A stretch of DNA of 64,000 nucleotides. Origin: Marsupella aquatica. Its lineage: Eukaryota > Plantae > Marchantiophyta. The stretch covers positions 17,080,645-17,144,644 of the forward strand of contig OZ316893.1 of the NCBI GenBank assembly GCA_973895155.1, in the 5' to 3' direction. Both the position numbers and the translations under genes were made by a program. Shown in pieces: positions 52,349 to 64,000 of this stretch. Below the pieces are notes generated by a model. It did not search any database. It was not told where the DNA came from and saw only the letters and a list, made by a program, of their open reading frames with translations. Every line of letters begins with the position of its first letter. Position 1 is the stretch's first letter.

Positions 52349-54601
52349 TTAGACACTTTCCTGCAGGGAGCCCATCGAGGGCCCAGCAGGTAAAAGTAGC
52401 AGTGCCGCCTCAGGTGACCTTACCATAGCATTAGGATCAGGTGAAAGAATTGCTACCACCTCACAGGGGGAATCCAAGACATTCAGCATTACATCAGGTG
52501 ATAGAGGAGGAGCCTCAGTAGTGCCCGAAATCGTCAAGGCACCAATCGGGTGTTGCAGATCTCTTCTCGCTCGCCGACTGGGGGTGCTCCATCCATCATC
52601 ATCCTGCAAGTGGTGATCAGCAACAAATTGTAAGGCACGCTGATTCCTGGCCTTCTTTTTCCCCTTTTTCTTTTCATCCGGTGGGGACCGCTTAGCCAAT
52701 TTCCTGGCCCGATCCTTTTTAACCGTTAAATTAGAGATGAATCCTTCATACTCCAACAACTCCATGTCAGAGGGCTTCTCTAAAGACGACAGCCCATTGC
52801 CTTCTTCCATTTCCTCCGAGGTTTCCACATCCTGACGCGGTAGACCCGAATTCTCATCTGGCTCCGCAACAATGAGAGGAGTATCAACTGATCCTGTTCT
52901 AGTCAGGTCTTTTGAATTGTTCAGATTATCATTTAATATAGCCGAGGCATAGTGCATTGTTTGTAGGTTCTGCATGACCCCAGAGATAGCGGCGGCACCA
53001 GCCCGCAGGTGAAGAGCAATCACTCCCGCCCTTCCTTCATCCGTGCATTCATCTACTTCTCGCTCAATTACCACCGAAGGAGGCACCACATTCCCCCCCA
53101 TCGCACTCCCAAATAAAACAAAATCCCCGGCTCCATTCGCCGGTGGAGGCGCCCTGCTCGCAGTCAGAGTGTCACTCTTAGCAACAGGTGTTTCCTTGCC
53201 CACTTGATCCACCACGGAAGGGAGTGCATCCACTGTTGCAATAGATCCAGCGGGCACCGTGGCAAGAGCCAACGGTGGGGCAGCGTCCGGGGGGTCGACG
53301 GGTGCAATACTCACCGGCTCCACAGTCTCATGTAATCTGCAATCCCGAGCAAGATGACCTTTTTTATTGCACTTAAAGCAGTGAAACGGGATATTTTTGA
53401 AAATGATAGGCTGCCAAATCGAAAGATCCACTTTAATCCGGACCTCCACACTTTGTGGTAGCTCCCGCTGCGTATCCCAAAGAATACACACACGATCATG
53501 CGGATAAGTGCTCAAATCATCCCCTTGGGTGTAATGCAGTATATCTCCCAGAGAGGCAACCAGCTTGCGTCGACATGGTTCAAGAATAAGTGCCCGGAAT
53601 GGGATTTCTATCCACACCGGCAGCAGCGTAAAGGATTTGTTCTGAATGTCAAAAGAGGGATCCCAAGGGAAAGTAAACACATATTTCCGATCCAGAAACC
53701 AAGGGACCCCCTCCAATGCCAGGTCACGATGCTCCGGATTTTTGAAAGCCACCAAATAGAAGCTCTTCCCCACAAACTTTACTTGTGTCACAGGCCAGTG
53801 CATCTCCTTAACCAAGGTTTTCTCCACCCAGAATTTGAAGGTGGGTAGCATGGGAGCCCTGTCAGTAAAGTAGCACATCATGGCACAATTAAAGAGCTCC
53901 GTGACACTGACCGTTGCTTCCTCCAGGGACCATTCGATAGTCGTGTGCAGTTTAGATGGCCAGTCTTGAACTGAGAGATCCGCAATGCGCTTGAGTAAAG
54001 GAACACAGGCCTCAGCCGCCTGCTTGTTGGTCTCCACGGGTCTCCCATGTTCCGGAGCAACAGTCCTACCCGGAGTTCGCGCCACCGAGCCAGACCACTG
54101 CACAGCATTTGCATTCCTCCCCGCAGATTCCCCAGCAATTATTGGCTCGTCCTCCATTCTTTCCCCAATGTCGTCATTGAATCGCACCCCAATGTGTTGT
54201 GGCCTACGGCCTTCCAGCTCGTCCATCGCCAATCTCTCTATCTTCTCCCGATCCCAACGAGAGAAGCCATCGGAATTGTCACTAGAGGGTCGAAGCCCGA
54301 ACCAGCTCTGGGCCGCAGCAGCAGGCATGACTGAATAATTTTCCTTGACGCCATCAGGTCGATTCTCCTGGTTCTCCCTGGAGCGCACATCCTGTCCGGA
54401 ATACCTATGTTTCAATTCTTGACGGGATGTATCGTGGGAGGTGGACGCATGAGAATCATGTGTTGGTGGTTCCGACCGAGCAACAGGGTCAGCCCAGTAT
54501 CCAGCTCCACCTTCGGCATTGCGCCGGGAGGTCTTTTCTCTCAAAAGAGCAGGTCCAGCTCCATGACCATGATAGCCATAGTTGGGGCGGGTGTTCTCCA
54601 T
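52349..54601 (-). CDS. LINE ORF1 (DUF4283/RRM-like domain plus zinc knuckle), 750 aa
   Basis: PW..D...F..WDPSF...LPVWIEIP and CFKCNKKGHLARDC. Confidence 0.9.
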   Translation of the reverse strand: MENTRPNYGYHGHGAGPALLREKTSRRNAEGGAGYWADPVARSEPPTHDSHASTSHDTSRQELKHRYSGQDVRSRENQENRPDGVKENYSVMPAAAAQSWFGLRPSSDNSDGFSRWDREKIERLAMDELEGRRPQHIGVRFNDDIGERMEDEPIIAGESAGRNANAVQWSGSVARTPGRTVAPEHGRPVETNKQAAEACVPLLKRIADLSVQDWPSKLHTTIEWSLEEATVSVTELFNCAMMCYFTDRAPMLPTFKFWVEKTLVKEMHWPVTQVKFVGKSFYLVAFKNPEHRDLALEGVPWFLDRKYVFTFPWDPSFDIQNKSFTLLPVWIEIPFRALILEPCRRKLVASLGDILHYTQGDDLSTYPHDRVCILWDTQRELPQSVEVRIKVDLSIWQPIIFKNIPFHCFKCNKKGHLARDCRLHETVEPVSIAPVDPPDAAPPLALATVPAGSIATVDALPSVVDQVGKETPVAKSDTLTASRAPPPANGAGDFVLFGSAMGGNVVPPSVVIEREVDECTDEGRAGVIALHLRAGAAAISGVMQNLQTMHYASAILNDNLNNSKDLTRTGSVDTPLIVAEPDENSGLPRQDVETSEEMEEGNGLSSLEKPSDMELLEYEGFISNLTVKKDRARKLAKRSPPDEKKKGKKKARNQRALQFVADHHLQDDDGWSTPSRRARRDLQHPIGALTISGTTEAPPLSPDVMLNVLDSPCEVVAILSPDPNAMVRSPEAALLLLPAGPSMGSLQESV

Positions 54602-55296
54602 ATGTTACCAAGTGTAGCCAGGTCTAGAGGATTCAGCAATATACACCAATCTAGAGGCAGAAAGGGGCACTTAATAGGTGCAAGATTAGATCAAAAACAG
54701 AGGGTTGGCTAAAGTAGAAGCTTTCTGGACTTAGACACTAGAACAGATTACGTTCAAAGAGAAAGTTCTCACCTCCCCGCCCACAGGTCCACCCTATGAT
54801 GTTCGTTGATACAGACTTCTGTGCCGTGAATTCTTCTCCAGGGATAAATCAGCTCACCAATCGACAGCAGGTGCTATCAATAGAGCGCAGCGAGTCCCCA
54901 AATCTATAGCCTAGTTTAGCAGTTTCCCTATATCAGTCACTCTACATTGAGGTAGGATCACATCAAATCAGATTCTTCCACCACGCTCACATGCCTTATC
55001 ACGCAAACACTGCTTGGGCTCCCTTGATCAACTCCACCAACTACTTTAGGGTGGACAAAAACCGCGGCCGTGAACCTTGCACAGTGCCCTATTCACGTGA
55101 AAAAACCTCCGGCTTCCAAAATCCCCCCAGATGGTTCGATTGATAGCAGAATCACCTCCGTCTAAGAGATAAGCAAGATTAGAACATGAAAAAAACCATC
55201 CAATCGATCAAAAACCCGAGAGAAACCCAAACCCTAGTGCACCTCAGCTCCGTCAGTTCTCTTCTTCAGCTCCGTCAGTCCCTTGTCACCACTTCT

Positions 55297-56306
55297 ATTT
55301 TCCCCTCCTTAGCACGCCGCTTCTTCTTGCTCCAGGTCTCGCTCTCCGAATCACTTCCCGATGAGCTTGAGGTGGAAGAGCCACTGGTCGAAGTTGAGTC
55401 TGGACTAGACCCTGTCTTTGAACTGGACAAGGTCGAACACTGTTTCTTCTTTTTCTTACGCTTCTTCTTCTTCTTCTCATCGTTAGATTTGGAGTCACTA
55501 TCATTGAAGGTCTCGTACTTTCTCTTCTTATGTCATGCCCGTTGGCTTCGGCGGGAGTTATAGGTGGACTCCTTGTATGTTTCGGTGCACGCTATGGCTG
55601 CTTGCATTGAAATTGGGTTATTCTGGCGTACCCAAAATTGCATATTCATGGGCAAATTGTGGAGAAACCACGTAAGCTGGAGCGCATCACCTGGCATGGG
55701 CTGGATCTTGGCAACAAGTTTTTGGAACTTCTGAATAAATTTTTGCAAGGACTCCTTCTTTCCCATGCGAAGCTGACCAATCTTCAACAAGGAACGTTGC
55801 TCCGCTCCAATGGCACAAAACTCTTGTAGCAACGTAGCTTGGAATTGGGGCCATGTGATCCCAGGCGGTAGCGAGTTGTACCATGGACGAGCTTCTCCCC
55901 GCATTACTCCAGGGAGATTGGTCAGCTTAATGGCATCCTCTCCGTTGGCCTTAGTAGTGGCTTCAAACTCATCCAACCATTCATTCGGATCATCCCCATG
56001 ACGTCCTTTGAAAGGTCAATAATGAAACCGTGATCGCTGTGATACTTGTGGGGGAGCTTGCGCAGCGCGAGCCACAGCCGGAGGGGGTGCCACCATAGGT
56101 ACCGGTGGCGGTGGTGGCACTGGTGGTATAGCAGGGACCGGAGCAGGACCTGCTAGACTAGACCCCAAAGGTCCTGGTGGTATGTTCATCTGTCGAGGCA
56201 ATTGTGAGTCCTCCGAGCCTGAAGATTCAGAGTTTGTTGTGGTTGCACTCTCTCGTTCGCTTGTCAATCTCCTCAAGTATGCCGCTTGAGAACGAGTGAT
56301 GGGCAT
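55297..56306 (-). pseudogene. gag: gypsy gag N-terminal part
   Basis: MPITRSQ start. MRGEARPWYNSLP..ITWPQFQATLLQEF is a retrotransposon gag motif. Confidence 0.85.
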
Positions 56307-56402
56307 TTACTTGTACAAATGCAATGATTAACAACTATCAGGACCCCGGGTCCCGTGATCAGGTACATACGCACATGTCTCCATTCTACTATACGTAGAA
56401 TG

Positions 56403-56421
56403 CCCCCTCCATCTAGTGCCA
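56403..56421 (-). promoter_or_regulatory. primer binding site complementary to plant tRNA-Asn
   Basis: Minus strand TGGCACTAGATGGAGGG versus the expected TGGCGCTAGAAGGAGGG (2 mismatches; tRNA sequence from memory). Confidence 0.7.
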
Positions 56422-57336
56422 AAAACAAAGGCTATGTCACGCCAAAAGCCTTGTCCTTGTGTGGATTTTGGCTTTGACGGGCATAATCTTCATTAGTTTT
56501 GACGTTTTGGGCAAGGAGGGATGTGCAAACTAGACCTTATTCCCGCAATCTAGCGCTAAGTGCGCCTATTCCTACTTGTAAAAACGTCATTGGTATAGTT
56601 TGTGTTCCGCCACCGGAACATACCTTAAGTCGATAGCTGGATCGACCCCGGCTTAAGGGCTTTTAAGCCTTTGTATTGTCTGCCTCTGATCTGGATCCGA
56701 TGATATGGTTATCCAACCCGGTCTCGCAACCACTATCCATAGCCTACACCCCATGCATGGCTTGGATGATGCATTTGGCCAAGCATTCTCGATCTACCCG
56801 TATACGAGATTCATATAGGCAACTGAACTCACACACATACAATCTCGGTTTACACAAAGGAAATGGTGGGAAAAGACTTTACTTCAGAATCCGTCATACG
56901 CATACACACGGTTGACTCGACATCTCTTGAGTAGACAGGCCCAACGGCAGAGCGACGTACACTACAACGGAGGCCGGCTCCGCACTCGCCCAACGAGCTT
57001 AGTCGTACCCTCCCTCCATGGTATCTCCTACTCACAAAGGCCGGGACTCCCCGCACATCCTGCGGATACCCGGTTTTGAAACTAAAATCCTCCTTGCCTC
57101 TACTGAGGGGTGCACTAAATACTAAGAGCTGGGGTCCGGACCGACCACGTGCTCAAATCTAAGCTATCCCAGATTCTAAACTCTGCTAACTATTAGGCCG
57201 TAAAATGGCATGTCTTAATTCTAAGATCCTAACTACAAAGGTTGGTTGGATAGGACAGTGCCGCTAACTAGTTTTGGCGCTTGTCCTTATCGCCTGACTA
57301 TCCTATTTCTAACTCTATCCTACACCTATCCCGTTG

Positions 57337-60330
57337 CTAATGTCTGGCACGCTTGCTAGATCCGCCATAGTTGGATTTGGAGCGGCCATCCCGCTGTCTT
57401 CTGAGCCTATCGATGTCCTGCTTGAGGAGCTGGACCTGGTCTAGCAAAGATTTGTTCTCTCGCTTTGCCTCGTCCGTGTCCTCTACGGCTTCTTGGCATG
57501 CCTCCTCCAGTTGCTGGGCGTCGCTCGTCAGCTTGTCCACCAACTGGGCCTGCTTTGAGGCTTCTCCTTGAAGCCGTGCCACTTCCGCTTTCAGGACGTC
57601 TATCTCGGCTGTATCCCGCTGGGCCCGAGCGTCGGCCTCCTCCACATCCTTTTGCCAGATGACGGCTTGTCCCTTCAAACCGTCAATCTGGGTTTGGAGC
57701 CGTGCAATCTCAGCATCCTTCCCAACTCCGGTCTGCTCTACTAAGGATGCCCGGGCCCTAGCTTCGGCCACCTGATCTTCAGTGGCCACTACCTGAGGTC
57801 GCAGCTGTTGGAGTTTGGTCTCTTGGGCTGCCACTTTGTCTTTTAGGTGGGTAGACTCAACCCAATACCGCTCTATCCTCTGCGTAGCCTCAGCCTGCAC
57901 ATGACCTGCTCGCACGGCCGTGACCAACTCTTGGTTGAAGAAGTAGGCCACCTTTCGTGCCATGTACTCCCCGGTATCCCGTGCAATTTGTTGAGAGAAG
58001 TCTCCCAGCAACCCATTCAGAAACGTGCCTGGTGCAAAGAGTTCCGGGTAGTCCAGACTATGTCCCTCCAAATTCGGGCAAGGACAGACCTCAGCCCACG
58101 CAGGAGTTGGAGTGGAGACATCCAGCCCTTGAGGTATGACGGTAGAGGGGGTTGGGTTCACTAGGGCTGGGCGGTTCTCTTGAACAGCCGTGGAGGGTGG
58201 CGGGATCCCCTCTGCCACTGTCATCTCAGGCTTGGGTCTGGCCTTTGCCAACCCGGCTTCAATCGCGGTGACCCAGTTGATCGCGTCCAGGGTCACGATA
58301 ACCGCATCTTTGGTTACATTTGGAGGGGCGGCAGCGGTTGCTTGCGGGGCCGGGGTAGTAGGGCTTACGGCCGCCAGACTTTGGGCCTCAAGCTGAGGTC
58401 GTCTCTCCTGGGCTGGGAATATCCACTTTGATGGGGTCAGCTCGGGCTTGTTGATACGAGGGAGGCTTCGACGGTCAAAATGGGTATACCACTCGATGAT
58501 GATCTTGATGTGGCTAGCAAAGTAAGCCTTTCTGCCAAGGTACAAAGTCTTCCTTCTCCGCTCCATCTCCTTGTGGAACTTCTTGACAAAGGACGCCCAC
58601 TTCCTAGGCCGGTAGTTCTCAACTTGTATGACCTGGGTGACGGATATTTTGCCCCTTGGTTCCATCATGTGGAGGGCGTAACGCTGGAACTCCAGTCGTT
58701 CTGCTACCTCCGGGATGAGGCATGTCCTCATCAAAAATCCGTTGTCCACTGCCCCCTTGGCCGAGAAGCTAGAGGACTGATACTTGGCTCCCTTGCCCCC
58801 GGGAGCCTATGATTCTACCCGATTTAGTCCTTAGGGTAGGCCAAAAATCATCTTAAGACGTGCCTCATTGAGATACATCACTCTCCTGTGCACCCCAGGT
58901 TTGTTGGCAGGCCTCGTCAAAGTTCTGGATGAACTCCGTCACGTCCTGCCCATAGTACCTGCTCCCATTCCAAGGGAGAGAGGCGAGGTGCTCAAACCCT
59001 TGGGTCTTCCAGAAGCATGCATGCTTGGGGTGGAGGATGTTTTTGTGGACATTCTCCCCCATGCGATGCATGGTCAGCTTGGCCACTGCAACTGTGGCCA
59101 AAGGCAGCCAGATACAGCTGCGGGTTCCTTTCTCTTCCTACCCCGGGACTGGTTCGGGGTATTTACAAACGACAGGAAATAGCAAACAGTAATAGGAAAC
59201 AACAAACAGTAATAGGAAACAGAAACTGGTAACAGGAAAATGAGTGGTAATTTTTTTGAATTTTTTTTGAATTTTTTTTTGAATTTTTTTGTTGTTGGAA
59301 AAAAACATTTTTTTTGAATTTTGAATTTTTTTTGCTAGCGCCCAAAGCTAGCCAAAAAATGTTGTAATTTAATTTTTTGTGGAAAATGTGACTTTTTAGA
59401 AAATATTTTCACATGGTTATTTTTCCTGGTAACAATAATTTTTTGCTGGTACCAGTAAACCTGTTTCCTGTTGATTGTCACGCATGCCATACCCACTGGT
59501 TCCCGGGGTGACTGGAAGAGGGGGACATTTCCCCATCCTCTCTATCGGGTGGCGGTAGTGCTACCACCGTAAGTATTGGTGCGGGGCCGCTACAGTCACC
59601 GTGTTATCCCCTCGGCCTTGTGGGAGTGGCGTCGGGTTGCTCGGCGCATGTTGATTTGGACCTCGCGGCCGCCGGTTCAGGGGAGGGTGAGCCTCCTCGT
59701 CTTTGGAACTAATGTTCACCGCGTTTACCACGGATCGCACCAGGAGGGGTGGTGCGACCGGTGGCGGAGATCATCTTGGCTGAGGCCGAGGTGGTGTTGG
59801 CGTGGGCACCAATGAGTTGGCGCCGGTTGTATCTAGAGGAGGCGCCATAAGATTCAGGAAACTTGTGGGGAAGCTGAGTGAGGTCAGGATAAGCGCTCCA
59901 CCCGTGGATGCGGTACCAAACTGGTAGTCTATGGAGGCCTGGACTTTGGCGGGGATGTGATCGAAGTGGTGTCGTTGTAAGTCGATCGTGCCCGGGAGTG
60001 TGAAGACCTTATCGGAAGCCAAAGGAGTGCCTCCTGGAAACCAACGTACTTTAGGCCGTCGAAGAAGTATTCGGAGATCTCATCGGGACAATAGAGCTCG
60101 CTCTGGAACGGGAGGCTGAAATCTCCATTATAGTGAGAGCGCCCGGCCAGATGGATGAGTCATTTGTACTGCCTTTCGGTTTCGTACCAGCGCGGATTGA
60201 CCTCGGCTAGTGACTTCGCTAAATGATTTCCGATGGATAGAAATTGAAGCCAAAACCGAAGGGCAGAACTGGACATAATAGTGACAGACATATAGGGGAA
60301 AGGCGGTGGATGACTAAAGAGCAGATGAGT
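57337..60330 (-). pseudogene. LTR-encoded protein, family X; intact 470-aa C-terminal ORF at 57337-58749
   Basis: ORFs 59771-60022, 58865-59101 and 57337-58749 match copies 1 and 2. Confidence 0.82.
59157..59494. mobile_element. 338-bp MITE, MULE-like
   Basis: GGGTAT...ATACCC termini, inverted subterminal ACAGGAAA motifs, and 9-bp TSD ACTGGTTC(G/C). Absent from copy 2. Confidence 0.82.
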
Positions 60331-61353
60331 GAGCTGGGATCAGAGCTAGCGCGACGGGTGAAGTGCTGGTGCTTCGCGAGAGAATGGCCCGCCTTTTATA
60401 CCCTGAGAGCTCATCGGCCAAACGGCCCCTTCCTCCTTTTGATAGGCCAATCCTTTCACGCTTGCAGTGCACCGGCCACTCCGCAGGTCCGGGTCAGAGC
60501 GTGTCAGCAAGCCTCCCCTTGAGTCTTTATACGGACCCGAGGGGACCTCCCCACACATCTGAAAACCCGGGGGTACGAATGGCGCTCCGTCGCCAGCCTG
60601 AGTGTAAATGTTCCTTATTGACTAATGATGTCCTAGTTGTGATTACTACCTACTTTAGTGTCGTTATGCTAATTATTACGGACTACGATGTCCATAGAGC
60701 GCGTGCTAATCATGGATTAGGCCGGATCACTCATTAACCGCCGTGCTGGCGGCGTCACAGGTGATGTTGTTGATAACATATTCTAACAAAGGTTGGGAAG
60801 ATTGAAAAATAAATATGGACTTAGAGAGGGATCTCAGAAAAAATTTAAAAACATTAAGAGGGGGTAAAAATAATCTTAAAGTTCAAAAATACAAAGGATA
60901 CACCTTGTCTAAAAAAATCTGAAAAAAACTTTAAAAATCTCTATAGTACAAAATAACCTCAGTAGGCTCCCCAACAAAGTAACAGTCACCATAGAAATAA
61001 CTCTAGTAATGACTCTAATGGACCAAACACTTTTCTTTTGCCACCCAAATAACCCATAGGTGTAGGAAAAAGTTGCCCCCCAAAAAGCTGTCAAAGCAAA
61101 TTTTGACATACTTAAGGGGAATCTTCACACAAAGCAAAGGTATGCTATCTACCAAAATCTACATCTATAATATGGAATCTTGCCACTATTAGTCCCTTGT
61201 TCGCTTACAAAAAACACAAAAGGCTGAATCAAATTGTAGCCGTTCATTAAAAAATTAGATTTTAATCACCATCGGATGATCCAAAAACCACCTTAACTCC
61301 CCCCTCATTGTCCATTAGTGGTCCTGCAGGCATGCGGAAGCTACCAATGTGTT

Positions 61354-61523
61354 AGTGAATCTTAAGTACAATCTAGGGGTTCATGTTCTACTTATTAGTC
61401 TCTCTTGTGTAAGTGAATCTTAAGTACAATCTAGGGGTTCATGTTTATTTATTAGTCTCCCATGTCTAAGTGAATCTTAAGTACAATACAGCGGTTCATG
61501 TTCTACTTATTAGTCTCCCATGA
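61354..61523. repeat. three tandem copies of an approximately 57-bp unit
   Basis: AGTGAATCTTAAGTACAAT...GGTTCATGTT...TTATTAGTCTC, three times. Confidence 0.9.
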
Positions 61524-61567
61524 GATAATAAGTGCAAGCAATGACAAATGTGCCATTGATGAAGTTC

Positions 61568-62040
61568 CTTGGAATGGATTTTTTATAAATTTTAATACCG
61601 TGAAACCCCACGGATAGGGGGGGGACAACAAAGGCCAATGCAGCCAGAACCTTACAACACAGCAGGGGCAACAGTCCGGGGCCAACACACCCCAGCAGCC
61701 CCACACCCCCAACAGGGCAGACCACCGCAACATTAGCGGCCGACCCCTGGGAGCCCAAGAAAACTAATGAACAACTAACAATGACACTACCAAGCTAAAA
61801 GACATCCCACGCCACCACCAAAGCGAAGCCGACCAGCCCGAAACCAATCCTGACGATGAGAAGCAAGCCATTCGCCGGCCCGGCTCACCCGGGCATGACG
61901 CCTGCCAAGCGGAAAACGGCAGCCCACAGCAAACAAGTGATCTGCCGTCTCAGTGAGCACCAAACCAAAATCAAATTTCCTACCAACACCGGCCTGGAAC
62001 ATATGATCATTGCGGGCCCTCCAAATCATCCACAACATAA
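61568..62040 (-). mobile_element. LINE 3'-end fragment
   Basis: LWMIWRARNDHMF motif, with a tail nearly identical to 25761-25820. Confidence 0.82.
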
Positions 62041-63178
62041 ATAAGACATAAAATATAGTCAATATAGTCCAATACTGCTTTGAAACAATGCATGCAAAGT
62101 CTATCGAACCTTTCAAGTAAAAGTATATCTAAGCAGCTTGCTAAAACGTGATGGTCTATGGGAGCGAACAACCGTAAAATGGGGAAGCAATGGCGAGGAA
62201 AGGATAAAGCGACGAGCTAAACCGAGGATAGACGGGACCACCATAAAAGCGAGGTCTTCATATTGCAGGGTTGAGAGGATGCCATGGCTCTCAGGTTGCG
62301 TGGCCATAATTGATTCACGCTGATGGGAAAACCCTCTGCAGAGTGAAATGAGCGCATCCACTCGAAAAACGAACAAGCATAGAAACCTGAAAGTCAGTCG
62401 GCCATATGATGTGGTCTAACGCTGATGAAAATTGACATGGAGGATCTTTACAAAGCTCTGTATCTCCCATCATTTTCCGAGTCACTACCGTAGTATCTCG
62501 CAGTCACCCCGTGATCCCTTGCTAGGATTAACTGCAACAACGATGGCAGCCACGACAATTTTCTGGTTTTGGTTGTAAGCCTAGACTTTGCCGAAACTAC
62601 TAAGCCTTAGTTAGCTGCTGCTCGGAGCTGTACTGAGCTGCAGACGATCAAGTTTGCTCCCGCTGATGAGGGACGCACTTTCAGTTTTTCAAGTCTTCAT
62701 GCCGATCCTTTCGGGTGTGCCGTCGAGCTCGCTCATGTGGTGTCGCTGACGGGAGTGCAGGAGAGCAACGGGCTCTTATCACCAGAGATGCTGTCCCGGG
62801 AGCTCTCGAGACTGACACATGGGCTGTAGTTTTGGGAGGGCATCCACTCCAAACGTATTTTTCCGACTCAAGGTGAACATCGTGAATGCAAAGGAAGCGC
62901 CGCGGAGGTTGGTCATAGTTTGTAACTCCGTCACTATTTGAAATATGTGTGTGACTCAGAGCAGCTGGTCATCGTCCACACCTGGAACTTTACGGCACAA
63001 TCATGGGTCGGCTCGAACGCGAACAAGTTACTTGGCGGATGTATTTGACGTTTCGAGGTTGGTATTCGCTTTGATTTCCATCTTTGCGCTGAACCGACTG
63101 GCTTTTTTCGTGAGCTGCTGTTCTGTTAATTAGACAGTTGTTGAGCGAATTTTTAATCAACATGGTGTTGTCGTGCAG

Positions 63179-63791
63179 GTGCTCCTCGGGACAGAAGCGT
63201 GGAGGACCTTACGTTTTGGCATTTTTAAGCCTGGAAGTCGAGCCTACGTCCACCTCGAAGGTTTTTGGAGGAGACCACTCCCGTGAACCGAAGCGAGCGG
63301 TCCAAATTCTCCAATTTGGAGCTCGGAAAACACGCACTGTAGGAGTCCTGTCTTCAAAAGGCAAGAAGCATGGACATGGTATCCAAGCTGTGACAGAGGA
63401 CGAGACGATTCTGCAGAAACACACGGTGCTACAATTGAGAAGGCCACCTTCTGCTCCACATAATGAACTTGAAACGGCAAAAATTGAAACTAGGGACCGA
63501 ACTAGATACCGCCACGATGCTCTTAAAGTTAACAATTCTCAAAAGCTCTACCGACAGAAGACCCTAGAGTTTCTCAGGGCAGAGCATCCGTTTCGCGAAG
63601 CAAGGGCAAGCGTTAGAAAATTTCAACGGCGTCCTGTGGTGGATGAAGTAGTTGTTGCTTTGCAGCAAATACAGGGCAAGTGTGGGGATGTAGATACTGT
63701 AATGAAGAAGTATCACAGCATCTCAAAAACAGACATATCAGGCATTCTAACAGAATTCCAATTGAGGCGTGATTGGCGAGGCGCACTCCAG
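63179..63791 (+). CDS. exon of a probable pentatricopeptide-repeat (PPR) protein gene, N-terminal region
   Basis: TGCAG acceptor and CAG|GTAAGC donor. The exon ends ...DISGILTEFQLRRDWRGALQ, typical of the region just before P-class PPR repeats. The repeats themselves lie outside the window. Confidence 0.6.
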
Positions 63792-64000
63792 GTAAGCTTG
63801 AGCATGTTTTTGGACTTTTGTAATGGTAAATTAAGACAGTGTTGATCCCCTCGTCAGTGTTAGATGGAGGGAATGGACGATTGTGGTGTTGCCCGGATCA
63901 AAAGTTTCGTGTGAGTATGGTCGTCTGCAGATGCATCTTGGTCGTCCCGAGGGCATTAGGTTCTATATCAACAGAGGAATGAGTTCTTGTGGTAAGTAGT

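Larger units (their letters stand above)
47993..55296 (-). mobile_element. full-length L1-clade LINE
   Basis: 14-bp TSD ATTTTCCCCTCCTT (47979-92 and 55297-310), A-rich 3' tail, ORF1 and ORF2. Confidence 0.95.
45795..60759 (-). mobile_element. Ty3/gypsy element C: LTR X, PBS, gag and protease; RT, integrase and 3' LTR absent; interrupted by a LINE and a MITE
   Basis: Contiguous LTR (56435-60759), PBS and gag ATG at 56306. gag resumes after the LINE TSD. The left boundary is approximate. Confidence 0.8.
56435..60759 (-). mobile_element. protein-coding LTR family X, copy 3 (complete; 5' LTR of element C)
   Basis: TGTGACGCC...GGCGTGACA termini (8/9 inverted match). About 3.98 kb without the MITE. 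Confidence 0.88.

Noticed and set aside
61354-61523. Possible CRISPR-like array
   Set aside because: Head-to-tail repeats without unique spacers, in a eukaryotic context with no cas genes.

Overview
Eukaryotic, land-plant-like genomic DNA (a non-seed plant is my guess from the element types) that is almost entirely nested transposable elements. Only a probable PPR gene exon at the far right looks like a host gene. Resolved elements: two non-chromovirus Ty3/gypsy elements, a Bianca-lineage Ty1/copia (13896-27308, TSD ATCAG), a full-length L1-clade LINE (47993-55296, 14-bp TSD) plus three 5'-truncated LINEs, a SWIM/MULE-like end with a matching 338-bp MITE, a degenerate P-element-like transposase next to an EDM2-type PHD module, and a stray PEPCK exon. 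The most striking observation is a set of giant 3.8-4.7 kb TG...CA units. Two have perfect 5-bp TSDs, like solo LTRs, and one sits directly upstream of a tRNA-Asn PBS and gag. These units encode a large homologous protein (N-domain, basic NLS-like patch, conserved ~200-aa core, Pro-rich linker, coiled coil) inside the LTR itself. Five copies from three diverged families occur in this window. All domain calls are by eye; no searches were run.
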